From a virus (taxonomy: Duplodnaviria; Caudoviricetes): a DNA stretch of 64,000 bases. The stretch spans positions 1 to 64,000 of IMG/VR virus record IMGVR_UViG_3300033486_000001; one strand, given 5' to 3'. The notes under the pieces are model-generated. The model had not been told where the DNA came from and did no database searches. It saw only the letters and a program-made list of their open reading frames with translations. Each line of letters opens with the position of its first letter. Within the stretch, counting starts at the first letter, position 1. Position numbers and translations under genes: made by a program. Shown here piece by piece: positions 18,702 through 28,342 of this stretch.

Positions 18702-19889
18702 TTACAGAACTACAGGGACTTTGGAAGGCTTGAGTATGCTCGATGCTTCCTCAGATGTGCCGAAATCCTCCGGAGCGGGGACTTCGTGGGCGTAATGTCC
18801 GGCCATGTCTCGCTTCTTGAGTTCGGTTACAATCCGAGTGCAAAGCTGCGGGTCCGACTTGAGAGCGGTGAGACACATTTCCTTACCGCGCCACTCTTGA
18901 TCTTCGAAGTTGTACATCACGTTGCTAGGCTTCGTGATGATACCACGAGCGACGCCAAGAAGGAAGACCTCTTCGTGGGTGTTGATGATCCCTTTGGCGT
19001 AATCCAAAGTGAACTCACCAACACGCCCCTTGGGACCGAGCGAGGAATCCATCATCTTACAGCGGACTTTATGGCCCGTCTTCTCGGCATTACCTTGCAT
19101 GTCCTCCAGGTTTGTGTCCTTGAAGTCGTTGCCCAGCAAGTCCTTCTTGGCGTCTGCCCCACCGGCCGGCGCAACGTACATGAAGTACTCACAGTGATGC
19201 TGCGTACCAAACGAGACCCCAGGTCGAACCGCCGTGCTCTGTGACGTATGGACAATCGACGAACCGCCGGCCTTGGTGTCCATCTGAGCGCGGATGTGAG
19301 TGGTCAGAATCAAGCCAAAACGACACGCACGCTGGACGGGGAGGATACGCTTGAGTCCGCATCCGATGGTTAACGCGTCGTCGCCGATTTGCTGGGTCAT
19401 AATGGAGGTGGCATTGCCAGCCCGTCGACCTTGAACACCATTGATGGAGTCGATAATGACCAACCCCAAGTCCATGCCGTCCTGCACTAGGGCTGCAAGC
19501 TCGGTCTCGATACGGTCAAAGATGTGGTCGGGCTGGTTGACTTCAAACGCCACGTACCGGTCGGCATCAATACCCCAAATCGCCTGGCGATCCGCACCGG
19601 ACTGGGCTGCTTCACGAAATTCCGTGTTGAACTTCACGACCCAGCCGTTAGGATTGGTGCGGTGGAACTGCCCAGCCATAGAGTCGCAAATGACCGACTT
19701 GCCGCCACGGGGTGGTCCGTACAGGAGCAAGCTGAGTCCGCGCGGCAGCCCCTGACCATTTCCGAAAACGAAGTTGAGCGCCGGAGAGGGCGACTGGATG
19801 ACGTCCGAATGAATGTCTCTTGCCCCCATAGAAGCCCCTGGGAGCTTCATGAGTTTTTCCATGAATCGTCGATTGTCTTTTGTAGCCAT
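18702..19889 (-). CDS. RecA/UvsX-like recombinase
   Basis: SPALNFVFG...GLPRG, Walker A YGPPRGGKS, VIIDSING, THIRAQM. Confidence 0.85.
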   Translation of the reverse strand: MATKDNRRFMEKLMKLPGASMGARDIHSDVIQSPSPALNFVFGNGQGLPRGLSLLLYGPPRGGKSVICDSMAGQFHRTNPNGWVVKFNTEFREAAQSGADRQAIWGIDADRYVAFEVNQPDHIFDRIETELAALVQDGMDLGLVIIDSINGVQGRRAGNATSIMTQQIGDDALTIGCGLKRILPVQRACRFGLILTTHIRAQMDTKAGGSSIVHTSQSTAVRPGVSFGTQHHCEYFMYVAPAGGADAKKDLLGNDFKDTNLEDMQGNAEKTGHKVRCKMMDSSLGPKGRVGEFTLDYAKGIINTHEEVFLLGVARGIITKPSNVMYNFEDQEWRGKEMCLTALKSDPQLCTRIVTELKKRDMAGHYAHEVPAPEDFGTSEEASSILKPSKVPVVL

Positions 19890-19892
19890 TGA

Positions 19893-20456
19893 TTACCTCT
19901 GAGTGCCCCAATAGGATTCATTCGGGCCGACTGTTGGTGATGGATTGTATGTAGTTGGTAGGTTTGGATTTTGTCGTTGCATCGATGTATCTTGACCGAG
20001 CATCTTCTTGACTGCATTGTACGCGTTCTCGAAAGCTCGTTTTTGGCCTTCGAGCGCTGCGATGTAGCATTGAGTTTGATTCACAAGTTCGAGTGCCTGT
20101 AAGTACTCTGGGTCGGAGTCCAAAAAGGCTTGTCGGATGTCTTCTGAGCCGAGGGGTGAGCGGGTGGTGGCCAACCCCTTCGCTTGAAGCATTGCCGGCA
20201 ATCTGTCGAGCAGTAGAATGGCTCGAACGCTGTTGGCTTTGGTCTTGGCTTGAATCAGCTCGTACTCCAGCTTTGCAAGACATCTAGTGGTGTCGAGGTA
20301 CGCCATATTGAATAGAGCCATGAGCTCTGGAGCTCGAGCTTGATTGCTATATGCGACCTCTGGAAGACGTTGTTGGGCGTATACGATTGTGGTCGTGTCG
20401 AGAATCAACGGATTCGCCGGGTCCGTCCGTGGGACGCTGATGATTTGAGTTTCCAT
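19893..20456 (-). CDS. Putative recombination mediator (UvsY-like helical protein)
   Basis: Long helical ORF between SSB and RecA; DPEY...LEGQKRAFE pattern. Confidence 0.4.
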   Translation of the reverse strand: METQIISVPRTDPANPLILDTTTIVYAQQRLPEVAYSNQARAPELMALFNMAYLDTTRCLAKLEYELIQAKTKANSVRAILLLDRLPAMLQAKGLATTRSPLGSEDIRQAFLDSDPEYLQALELVNQTQCYIAALEGQKRAFENAYNAVKKMLGQDTSMQRQNPNLPTTYNPSPTVGPNESYWGTQR

Positions 20457-20467
20457 GTGACCTTAAC

Positions 20468-20492
20468 GGCGGGGGTGTTACCCCCCCCCGCC
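20468..20492. terminator. GC-rich hairpin downstream of the SSB gene
   Basis: GGCGGGGG...CCCCCGCC inverted repeat in the intergenic gap; no U-tract, so may be a stabiliser or processing signal. Confidence 0.45.
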
Positions 20493-20505
20493 TATTGGTG
20501 TTGGA

Positions 20506-21750
20506 TTACTTCTTGTTGGCGTCTGGGAACATGGCCGCGAACTCGCTCGGATCAAGCGCCATCATTTCAGCGAAGCTCTTGCCACCGGGGATCGGGTTTG
20601 GGACCGGAACCGGGGAAGTCGCAACGACGGACTGGGTCACCGGCTGAGGGGCTGCAGCGGTGGCCTTATTGCGAGTCTCCATCTCTGCAACCATGCGGCG
20701 CAGACGGGTGAGCTCATCCTCTTGAACGGGAGGAAGAACTGCCGGAGCGACAGGCGTTGGTGTCGGAGCCGCCACTGGGGCCGACACGGGGATCGCCACA
20801 GGAGGAGGCAACGGAGCGGGAGCAGGAGCCTGCATCTGCATCGTCATTGCCGGGGGAGGAGTACGACGCCCCGTCGAGCCAAACACAGATGAAACAATCG
20901 CCGCATTGCCGGTATTGTTGGCCAGCGTCAGAATCTGCTCGTAGGTCAGAGTCTTGTCGTCGTTGTATGTGCCGAGGTCGGGGCACTTCTCGAGGCCGGC
21001 GATATCCGAGCCATTCAGCGGCCCAGCCTTGTAGCGGAACGTTCCGCCGCCCGCACTCTCAGTCTCAATTTCGACCGAGTACTGGGTGGACCACTTCTGT
21101 CCTGTCCGTCGGAACTTGAACCAAACGCCAACGTTCGGGTCGAGTGCGGACACGCCGTTGTTGTCGGAACTGAACTTGTCCATGAGAACCGTCAGCGCCC
21201 CCTCCCGGCCCTTACTCCAGATCAGGCTGGGGGGAAGCTTCAGAATGCCCCACTCGCCGGCGATATTCTTGGCAAGCACGTAGTACTTGCGGTCGGTATA
21301 GAACTTGTCGACCAGCACCGCCTGTGCCGATGTCTTGAGTGCGGTGGCCGCCTGATTCTTCGCTGCCTCCTCGGTGAGGCCTGGAGTCGCCGCCATCAGC
21401 CGCGCAGCACCAGCCGCGACCATGTCTTCCAGCTTCTTCTTCTCTGCGTCGATGCGAGTGCACTCAGGGCAGTCCTGCGTCACCATCTTGTTGCGATCGC
21501 GCTTGAAGATGCAGCGGAAGGGCTTCCACTTCGGCTTGGACGGGTCCTGCTCATTCGGAATGGTGTAACCCTGATGAAGCGAGTCGTAGGTGTACCACTT
21601 ACCCGTCATGCGCTGACTCTTGACGGGAGGGGCAATCCGGAAAACGCTAGGCTCCTTGTCTGAGATGGTGTGAAACTTGAAGCCGTACGATCCTGGGGCG
21701 GAGGGGGTACCGAAAAAGTCGTTGTTTGTCGGAAGTGTTTCGTTGGTCAT
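20506..21750 (-). CDS. Single-stranded DNA-binding protein (gp32-like) with a Pro-rich tail
   Basis: FRIAPP...YYVLAKN...GILKLP...GVWFKFRRTGQKWSTQYSV pattern; located beside RecA. Confidence 0.65.
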   Translation of the reverse strand: MTNETLPTNNDFFGTPSAPGSYGFKFHTISDKEPSVFRIAPPVKSQRMTGKWYTYDSLHQGYTIPNEQDPSKPKWKPFRCIFKRDRNKMVTQDCPECTRIDAEKKKLEDMVAAGAARLMAATPGLTEEAAKNQAATALKTSAQAVLVDKFYTDRKYYVLAKNIAGEWGILKLPPSLIWSKGREGALTVLMDKFSSDNNGVSALDPNVGVWFKFRRTGQKWSTQYSVEIETESAGGGTFRYKAGPLNGSDIAGLEKCPDLGTYNDDKTLTYEQILTLANNTGNAAIVSSVFGSTGRRTPPPAMTMQMQAPAPAPLPPPVAIPVSAPVAAPTPTPVAPAVLPPVQEDELTRLRRMVAEMETRNKATAAAPQPVTQSVVATSPVPVPNPIPGGKSFAEMMALDPSEFAAMFPDANKK

Positions 21751-21781
21751 TTGATTTTGCTCTTTTTGTTTTTGATTGTTT

Positions 21782-22504
21782 TTACTTCTCTTCTGCTACA
21801 GCTCGCTTAACTTCGTCCTTGGTGCAGCCAAGCGCCTCAAGCACGAACTCAAGACCTATTCTACCATTCGTCGCCACGGTCTTTGACGAGGCACCAACCA
21901 AGCGAGCCACATCTGACGCCAGATTCTTTACTACGACAGGCTGGGTGCCGATGTCGTACTCGCCCTGCAAGGCAGACTGAACGATCTCGTGCATGACGTA
22001 CTGAGCGACAAACTGGAGGCCTGGGGCACGATTAACGATGTCCGTGACGTACTTCAGGAGTGCATTGTAGTCTGCGATGACGGCAGGGGTATTCCAGTTC
22101 GGTGACTCAGCCCTGTACATCCCCATCTCAGTCATCATGCTGCCGACTTCGTCCAACAGCATCGAGTAGTTGGTAAGACCGAACTGATTGACCCGGCCTT
22201 TATCCATCCCCTGCCACACGTAGTCGGCGACACGTCGGTACACCACATCGCCGTTCACTACCAAAAACTCCCTCTTGGCTGCGATAGCGCAGAACTTCTC
22301 TGTGCCAGCGCCCTCTGGAATCACGACGGAAACGCCTCGACCGGCCAGTCCCATCACCTTGGCACGCAAGTCGGGGAGTTCGTCGCGTGTTCGCGACTGC
22401 ATGGCCAGACGCCCGGCCATAGACCTCCAATCGCCCTCCACTGGTGTGTCTACGATTTGCTTCGCTTCACGGTACTTCTTCAATGCGTTCTGGAATTCGG
22501 TCAT
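21782..22504 (-). CDS. Hypothetical protein, possibly a degenerate NMP-kinase fold
   Basis: Start reassigned to ATG 22504 (ATGA overlap with the polymerase stop). Confidence 0.6.
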   Translation of the reverse strand: MTEFQNALKKYREAKQIVDTPVEGDWRSMAGRLAMQSRTRDELPDLRAKVMGLAGRGVSVVIPEGAGTEKFCAIAAKREFLVVNGDVVYRRVADYVWQGMDKGRVNQFGLTNYSMLLDEVGSMMTEMGMYRAESPNWNTPAVIADYNALLKYVTDIVNRAPGLQFVAQYVMHEIVQSALQGEYDIGTQPVVVKNLASDVARLVGASSKTVATNGRIGLEFVLEALGCTKDEVKRAVAEEK

Positions 22505-25500
22505 TTCTCGTCCCCTTTGGTTGTTTCTGGTTTTGCAGCTCTTTGAATCAGCACGACATCGTCTAGTGTAACACCCTTGCCCGGCCTTCTTCGACAACAG
22601 CAAGCAGCGATGGAGCCGGACAAGTCTTCGTTGAATGGAGGAGGCGGCGTTCCGGTCTTGCCGGGCCACTTGACGGCCTTCACGATCGTACCTTCGACGT
22701 CGAACGTTAACTCCACCGCCGACTTCTTCTTGGGCTCGCCTTCTTTGGCCTTCTTGTCTTCCCAACTCCAACGCCGCTCGGCCGTCAAAAACCCAATACA
22801 ACTGAATACCACTTCTTCGCCTATGTCGGCTTGAATGACTTCCTCGACCAAATTGCCGTGCAGCAACGGGTATTCTGTCAATCCTTCGCGCATATTGAAC
22901 GGGGTGTGGACGATGAATGGGTCCTTGCCTTTGATGACGAATTTACGGTCTTGCTTGAGTTGATTCTCAACCAACGGAATCAAATCTTCGGACAGCGCCG
23001 GCAGAATCACCTTCTTGAACTGGTATTGCTCGAGTGGGGACAACGAACGAATTGCCGAGTCTTTCTTTTTGGTAGGCTTTTTCCCAGTGACCGCGAGGCA
23101 CGCTGCAACGTCGGCTTGCTGCCACGCCACCAATTTTTGCTCCAGCGTCAGCGAGAACTCTTCACCGTTGATTTCGATGGGAGTGAATAGCGGATCCAAA
23201 GCTCCGGTTACAATCAAAGCAGTCATGGATTGACTGTTCAGGGCGCTTGTAGCAAGCCGACGAGAGGCCACCTCTTTGGTCTCCCCAGTCTTCTTGTCGG
23301 TCTTCACGCGGGTTACATTGGTGCCGTTGTCGACACGCCATTGGTGGCGACGTGTGGCGAGTTCTTCCAGTGTTTTGGCGGAAGCGAGAGCCATGAGTTG
23401 CTCTTGTGCCTTGTCAGCGACACCGCGTAACAAGTTGAACGGCGCTCTGATTTTGTCGCCTTCGATGACGAATCCGTCTCGAGACGCACCAAACTGGGGT
23501 AGCGCGACCATCTTGCTGCAATGGATCCACAACTTTTCGTTGATTTCATTGCGGTCTGCGTTGGTTAGAATAGCTGCCCACCACTCGAGCGGGTAGTGGT
23601 GCTTCAACCAAGCACAAGCGTATCCGATGACGGAGTAACAGTAGGCGTGACTTTTGTTAAAGCCGTAGCGACTCCAGGCATCAAGATTGTCCCACAATTT
23701 CTCACTTACACTTACACCTAGTCGCTCCACTGCACCTCGCATGAAGATCTCTTTGTCTTTTGCGACTTTGGCCATCTGCTTCTTAGAGATGTGGACGCGA
23801 AACTCATCGGCTTCGGCACCGGTAGTGCCGCCAAGAGTTTGAAAGACACGCGTCAAACTCTCTTGGAAACACATAATGCCTTGCGTTTCCGGTACCAATT
23901 CGAGAAGGGCGGCATTGAGCTCGGGATCTCCATTCGGTTTACCTCCGCGAAGTCGGTGGGCGTACTCCACCATCATGTTGTGTCGTCCGCCTTTACCGTC
24001 TTCCACATAAGAGTCGAGACCGCCTGGGCGGTCCAAGGCGGTGAAAGTGGCCAAATCGAGGACAGAAGCCAATCCCTTGCGGCCGTTGCCGCGTTCGAAA
24101 TCGAAGTACTTCAACCACCGTCTAGCAGATGGCGGGTGGAATTGGAAGACGGTTTCAGTCTTGCCTTCTGAGATTTCCCTCAAAACACCCTGATCCTCAG
24201 GGAGATCCCAAATGTCATGGAGTTGACCGTTTAGCGGCACACAGCGAAGGTGCGGCACGAAAATCCCATGGAGTTTAACTCCGGGGACATCCTCATCGGG
24301 CTCCAACTTCCTCCTGGACGGCGACCAATCGATATGCGGGGCGTGCCGGTCCTGTACCAAATGAATGGCGTGGGAAATGTCGTTGAGAATTTTGATGTTG
24401 AGGTAGTCAACCTTCAGCAGCCCCATTGCCTCGACGGCGTCTTTTGTGAATTGTGTACACCTCACGCCACCAATTGTGACGAGTGGGATGATGTCGGAGA
24501 TTGGGGCATTATTCACGACATACGCACACGCGTGACGGCCGCGCGATCTGGTTAGCCCTAAAGCTTTTTGAATGATATTCCACTCGGCCGGGTAAGTCTT
24601 GACAAAAGAAATCAGCGCTGGGTCGATCTCGATTTGTCCTTGCGTCCAGCTACCGTCGGAATTTTTGTAGCCGAAAACAAAGTCGTGGTCTTCAACCCCC
24701 TGTGGCGCTTCGGGGAATTGCGACGTGATTTTGTTGATCTCGGACGGCACGTACCCATACTTGACACGGAAGACGTCCTTGGTAGCTGACCGCAACTTGA
24801 GTTTGTTGTCGGTGCTGATTTGCGCCACACACTCGCCGAACCGTTCCTTGAGCCAGCCTTTATTCGGGTTATTCGGGTCTACTAGTAAGTCTCTATCCCC
24901 TAGATCTTGGTCGACGTCGGGTAGTTTCCCTGACGCAATACGGGTAGGCGTCAAGAAGCGATCTAGACTAAGACCGGCCTTGATCGGATCAACGTGTGTA
25001 ATGCCAAGTAGGTAGCTTGTATACACGCCCGCAGCCGAACCTCTTCCAACCCCAGACAACTTCCCATTGCGCGTGTACAAAGCACATACTTCTTCCAACA
25101 TCTGAAAATATGGCAGTAGGTCTACGACACCGTTTTTGTGAAGCAACTCGATCTCTTGTTGCAAGCGCCCGAGGTGGGCCGCGTCATGGATGAGTCGCCC
25201 GTGCTTGGCGATGAGTTTGGCGGTGTGCTCTAACGTATTAGCCGGATAGAAGTTGGTCGGCAGCGCCTTCTGGGTGGTGAATTTGAAGTCGTGGAACCTC
25301 GCAGCCCAATCGTGGTTATTTTGCACCCAACCTTCGAATTCCGACTGACCAATCCCCATCCTATCTCGGAACCAGGCGCCGGCGGCGGCATTGTCGAGAC
25401 GGTGGTATGAATTCGCCATCTTCCAGCCGCCGGACTGTGCCAAGCGCATGTCTTGGACGATTTTTTCATCAGGTGAGGTAAAGTGGCTGTCGTCACTACA

Positions 25501-26517
25501 TAGGACTACATCACCCATTTTCTGGGCGATCTGGTAGATGAATCGATTGACCCCCAACTGAACGTCTCCGTCAGGCGACCATGGGGAACAACTGTTCTTG
25601 ATGAACCCCTCGCGCAAGTCCGCTGAAACCATCACCTTGGGTTCGGCCACATCGACAAATTTACGGTTTTGCATGACCTCCAAAATACGCTTGTGCTTGC
25701 TCAAATCCGCCTGAGCCAGACTTTCGGCCTTGAGTTCGCCTGCGTCGGTCTTGAGTTTCTTCCACACGGGGAACTTCTCTTCCGTGCCATCTTCGTACTT
25801 CACCCACACGCCAGATTCCCAATTCTGATCGCAAGTGTGGGGGAACATCTCCACCAAAAAGTTGCCCGGCTTCACCAAGCCCCGGACGCGCTGGTAATAC
25901 TTGATGGCGGTCTGCCAGTCGTTATGGACGAGCAAGTGTCGCCCCACCACGCCGATGAGGCAGCTCGAAGTCATCGTGACGTTCTTCGAGCCGAGTTCCT
26001 CGAGGTCTGCCCAGGTAAAAATCGGCTTGCGCTCCGAGCCGTGTTGCTCAGCCCTGAGGTCCGCCTTCGAAAGTAGCTTGACGGCCGTGAAGAACGCTTC
26101 TTGGTCCAAGAAGTGAAGCGTGCAATGAAGATACTTCAAGTGTTCCCAATATCCATACTCAGGCACGCAAAGCTGTTGATCCGCCTTGGGGAGCTTTTCG
26201 TAAGCCTTTTGGGTCACGCGCTGGTTCGTGCGTTCGTTGCGGTAGCGCATCGCCCTTTGTACACCGGCCTGCTCTAAAATACTACATGAGTCATCTCTGA
26301 CATATGCCTCTAACCCCAAGATCGGATTGAGTTTTCCGGCAAACCGCTTGTCCGACCGACATAGGTCGTACGCGCTCCGACACCCCTCGAGTGTCCCGTG
26401 GTCGGTGACCGTCAGGTGGCCGCTCCCAAGTTCTAGCTCCTTCTTGGCAAAAGCTTCCGGAGTGGCGGCCGAGTCGAAACTGTTTGGATGGCTATGAGGT
26501 GTCGGAAAGTTGTTCAT
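22501..26517 (-). CDS. dnaE: DNA polymerase III alpha subunit (C family)
   Basis: PHP motifs HSH, TDHG, GLEAY, SDDSH; GVGRGSAAG; LPDVDQD; RHACAYV; LLKVDYL; YGFNKSHAYCY. Confidence 0.93.
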   Translation of the reverse strand: MNNFPTPHSHPNSFDSAATPEAFAKKELELGSGHLTVTDHGTLEGCRSAYDLCRSDKRFAGKLNPILGLEAYVRDDSCSILEQAGVQRAMRYRNERTNQRVTQKAYEKLPKADQQLCVPEYGYWEHLKYLHCTLHFLDQEAFFTAVKLLSKADLRAEQHGSERKPIFTWADLEELGSKNVTMTSSCLIGVVGRHLLVHNDWQTAIKYYQRVRGLVKPGNFLVEMFPHTCDQNWESGVWVKYEDGTEEKFPVWKKLKTDAGELKAESLAQADLSKHKRILEVMQNRKFVDVAEPKVMVSADLREGFIKNSCSPWSPDGDVQLGVNRFIYQIAQKMGDVVLCSDDSHFTSPDEKIVQDMRLAQSGGWKMANSYHRLDNAAAGAWFRDRMGIGQSEFEGWVQNNHDWAARFHDFKFTTQKALPTNFYPANTLEHTAKLIAKHGRLIHDAAHLGRLQQEIELLHKNGVVDLLPYFQMLEEVCALYTRNGKLSGVGRGSAAGVYTSYLLGITHVDPIKAGLSLDRFLTPTRIASGKLPDVDQDLGDRDLLVDPNNPNKGWLKERFGECVAQISTDNKLKLRSATKDVFRVKYGYVPSEINKITSQFPEAPQGVEDHDFVFGYKNSDGSWTQGQIEIDPALISFVKTYPAEWNIIQKALGLTRSRGRHACAYVVNNAPISDIIPLVTIGGVRCTQFTKDAVEAMGLLKVDYLNIKILNDISHAIHLVQDRHAPHIDWSPSRRKLEPDEDVPGVKLHGIFVPHLRCVPLNGQLHDIWDLPEDQGVLREISEGKTETVFQFHPPSARRWLKYFDFERGNGRKGLASVLDLATFTALDRPGGLDSYVEDGKGGRHNMMVEYAHRLRGGKPNGDPELNAALLELVPETQGIMCFQESLTRVFQTLGGTTGAEADEFRVHISKKQMAKVAKDKEIFMRGAVERLGVSVSEKLWDNLDAWSRYGFNKSHAYCYSVIGYACAWLKHHYPLEWWAAILTNADRNEINEKLWIHCSKMVALPQFGASRDGFVIEGDKIRAPFNLLRGVADKAQEQLMALASAKTLEELATRRHQWRVDNGTNVTRVKTDKKTGETKEVASRRLATSALNSQSMTALIVTGALDPLFTPIEINGEEFSLTLEQKLVAWQQADVAACLAVTGKKPTKKKDSAIRSLSPLEQYQFKKVILPALSEDLIPLVENQLKQDRKFVIKGKDPFIVHTPFNMREGLTEYPLLHGNLVEEVIQADIGEEVVFSCIGFLTAERRWSWEDKKAKEGEPKKKSAVELTFDVEGTIVKAVKWPGKTGTPPPPFNEDLSGSIAACCCRRRPGKGVTLDDVVLIQRAAKPETTKGDEK

Positions 26518-26529
26518 GAGTGTGTCTTT

Positions 26530-26727
26530 CTAGGTCTGTCGCTTACTGGCGTTGTCGTGGATCCACCAGACAAACGAGAACACTGCGACGATTATAGAGA
26601 CGAGCAGGAGCCAATCGTACGCGCTAAAGGTGGGGAATACGACGCGCGAGTGAGTACCACTACACCTATGAGCTGTACCTGCAATAAGCGCCTGCTGCAT
26701 AAGCAGCGTCGATGCGAAGATGGTCAT
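26530..26727 (-). CDS. Small membrane protein
   Basis: SD GGAGG; TM segment LLLVSIIVAVFSFVWWI. Confidence 0.55.
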   Translation of the reverse strand: MTIFASTLLMQQALIAGTAHRCSGTHSRVVFPTFSAYDWLLLVSIIVAVFSFVWWIHDNASKRQT

Positions 26728-26746
26728 TTTGTTCCTCCAATGTGAA

Positions 26747-26776
26747 GACGCCCCGACCATACATCATCGGGGCGTC
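26747..26776. terminator. Intergenic hairpin with a 10-bp stem
   Basis: GACGCCCCGA-N10-TCGGGGCGTC. Confidence 0.45.
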
Positions 26777-26802
26777 GTTGGCAAGAGCTGGATTCACTCT
26801 TC

Positions 26803-27057
26803 TCACTTACGGGTGCTTCTGACCTTCTTCGTGTCACCGCCGTAGTACTTCTTCGTGGCTTCCATAAAGTTGGCGTATGCGACCCTACACATCCGATTGG
26901 CATCCATGGTCAAGGGGTCGTCTGCGACACTTCGGGTGGCATCCGGGACTATCGATATCTCTCGATAATACAGCACCATAGCTCGATGATACTCTGCATA
27001 AGCGTTGAAGTACTCTTGTGCAGCTTGGTGGTATTCGACTTCAGAGCGATGGCTCAT
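26803..27057 (-). CDS. Hypothetical helical protein
   Basis: Start overlaps the stop of the upstream gene. Confidence 0.6.
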   Translation of the reverse strand: MSHRSEVEYHQAAQEYFNAYAEYHRAMVLYYREISIVPDATRSVADDPLTMDANRMCRVAYANFMEATKKYYGGDTKKVRSTRK

Positions 27058-27281
27058 CGACTCACCTTCAGTTGACGGCGCAACTTCTCGATCACTCGAG
27101 CTTCCAACGTGTTGTACTCCTCTTCCGTCATCATCAGCGACCTTGCAGCAACACTCGCAGGGACGCCGTCAGGAAACCGTGCCATGAGCTTGTTCAGCGA
27201 GTAGTCATAGCGTCGGTTGGAGATGAAGTCGGGGTCGTCCTGCAACTTCTTCTTAAAATCTTCAATTTGTGGGTCGGTCAT
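27054..27281 (-). CDS. Stand-alone sigma70 region-4.2-like HTH protein (75 aa)
   Basis: PASVAARSLMMTEEEYNTLEARVIEKLR aligns by eye to the consensus TLEEIGRELGVSRERVRQIEARALRKLR; ATGA-coupled start. Confidence 0.55.
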   Translation of the reverse strand: MTDPQIEDFKKKLQDDPDFISNRRYDYSLNKLMARFPDGVPASVAARSLMMTEEEYNTLEARVIEKLRRQLKVSR

Positions 27282-28342
27282 AGTGGCTTCCAAAGGGGAA
27301 TGATTTTGTCGAACTCTTTTGATTTGTCTGCATCAACACCAACATAAAGCCGTCTGTGATCGCCAAACTGGTGTCCGTCGACGCTCTCCCAGAGTTGCTG
27401 ACTACAGTGCGAGGCGAAGTAACCAAGAGACTGAGAGTACTGGCCTCCAGGAAGCATCGCTCCGTTCGTAATTACTGTGGAATCCCCTACGTCTACGTCA
27501 CAGGAAATGTGGACATGTCCGCCACAAAACTGAGTCACGTCGGCGTTGTCGGGGTGCGCAGTACGAAACCTTCCAATTTGAGCCTCCAAGGCTCCGGTGC
27601 GGAGCAGCTTGCCTGGATTGCCGAAATTGAAGATCGCATCGCCGTGTGTATAGAGCGACTTTTGTCCGAATTGAGAGCAAATGTAGAACGGACGGATGTG
27701 AGTTTCAACCCGGACATTGGGGACGGCGCGGAAGGCGTAATACAGCGACCGATAAATGCGGTATTCATGGGAGTCGTATTTATCTTGTAGGGCGCGGTCT
27801 GGGTGGCGAGCGACGTCGCGTCCATGATTCCCTACAGCCGTATACACCACAACTTGGCGAAATTCCGTGGCGGCAAATTCCAGGGCATGGACTAGATGGT
27901 GCAAGGCTCGGTCGAACTGTACCGTTACGTTGGCTGAAGACTGGGGGTCATGAATGTTGCCTTCAATAACATCGCCCAAGATGTGTACCGCCAAAGATGT
28001 GGCCTTGCGATGCTGTCGCTTGTAGTCCACCACTTGAGCGACAATAGCCGCCAATCGACGAGATTCTTCGATTGGGCCGTACGGATAACGCACTAATCGG
28101 CCATCCAACTCGGCCCCAAAGTGCATGTCCGACAACATCAAGTTCAGCCAGCGCTCCGTCCTAGCAGTCTTCTTGCCCTTATAGGTCGGAATCCAATTGC
28201 GCTGGGCAAACCGCCTGGAAATAACCTCCAGGCGATTAGCCATACACTCGTTCTTCGCCAAGCTCAGTGCCGCACTTTTGTCTTTCTTGAATTCCGCCTT
28301 TTTACGCAACTCATCGATAAACGCATGTACGGCCGACGCCAT
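27278..28342 (-). CDS. Calcineurin-like metallophosphoesterase
   Basis: SDMHFG, LGDVIEG, VGNHG, THGD, GHVH. Confidence 0.85.
   Translation of the reverse strand: MASAVHAFIDELRKKAEFKKDKSAALSLAKNECMANRLEVISRRFAQRNWIPTYKGKKTARTERWLNLMLSDMHFGAELDGRLVRYPYGPIEESRRLAAIVAQVVDYKRQHRKATSLAVHILGDVIEGNIHDPQSSANVTVQFDRALHHLVHALEFAATEFRQVVVYTAVGNHGRDVARHPDRALQDKYDSHEYRIYRSLYYAFRAVPNVRVETHIRPFYICSQFGQKSLYTHGDAIFNFGNPGKLLRTGALEAQIGRFRTAHPDNADVTQFCGGHVHISCDVDVGDSTVITNGAMLPGGQYSQSLGYFASHCSQQLWESVDGHQFGDHRRLYVGVDADKSKEFDKIIPLWKPL

Noticed and set aside
21782-22801. Extended N-termini in the ORF track (21782, 14061, 32619, 47988, 49738, 10676, 53576, 27278, 30073)
   Set aside because: The extensions overlap neighbouring genes or promoters; downstream starts have SD, coupled start-stop overlaps or promoter spacing
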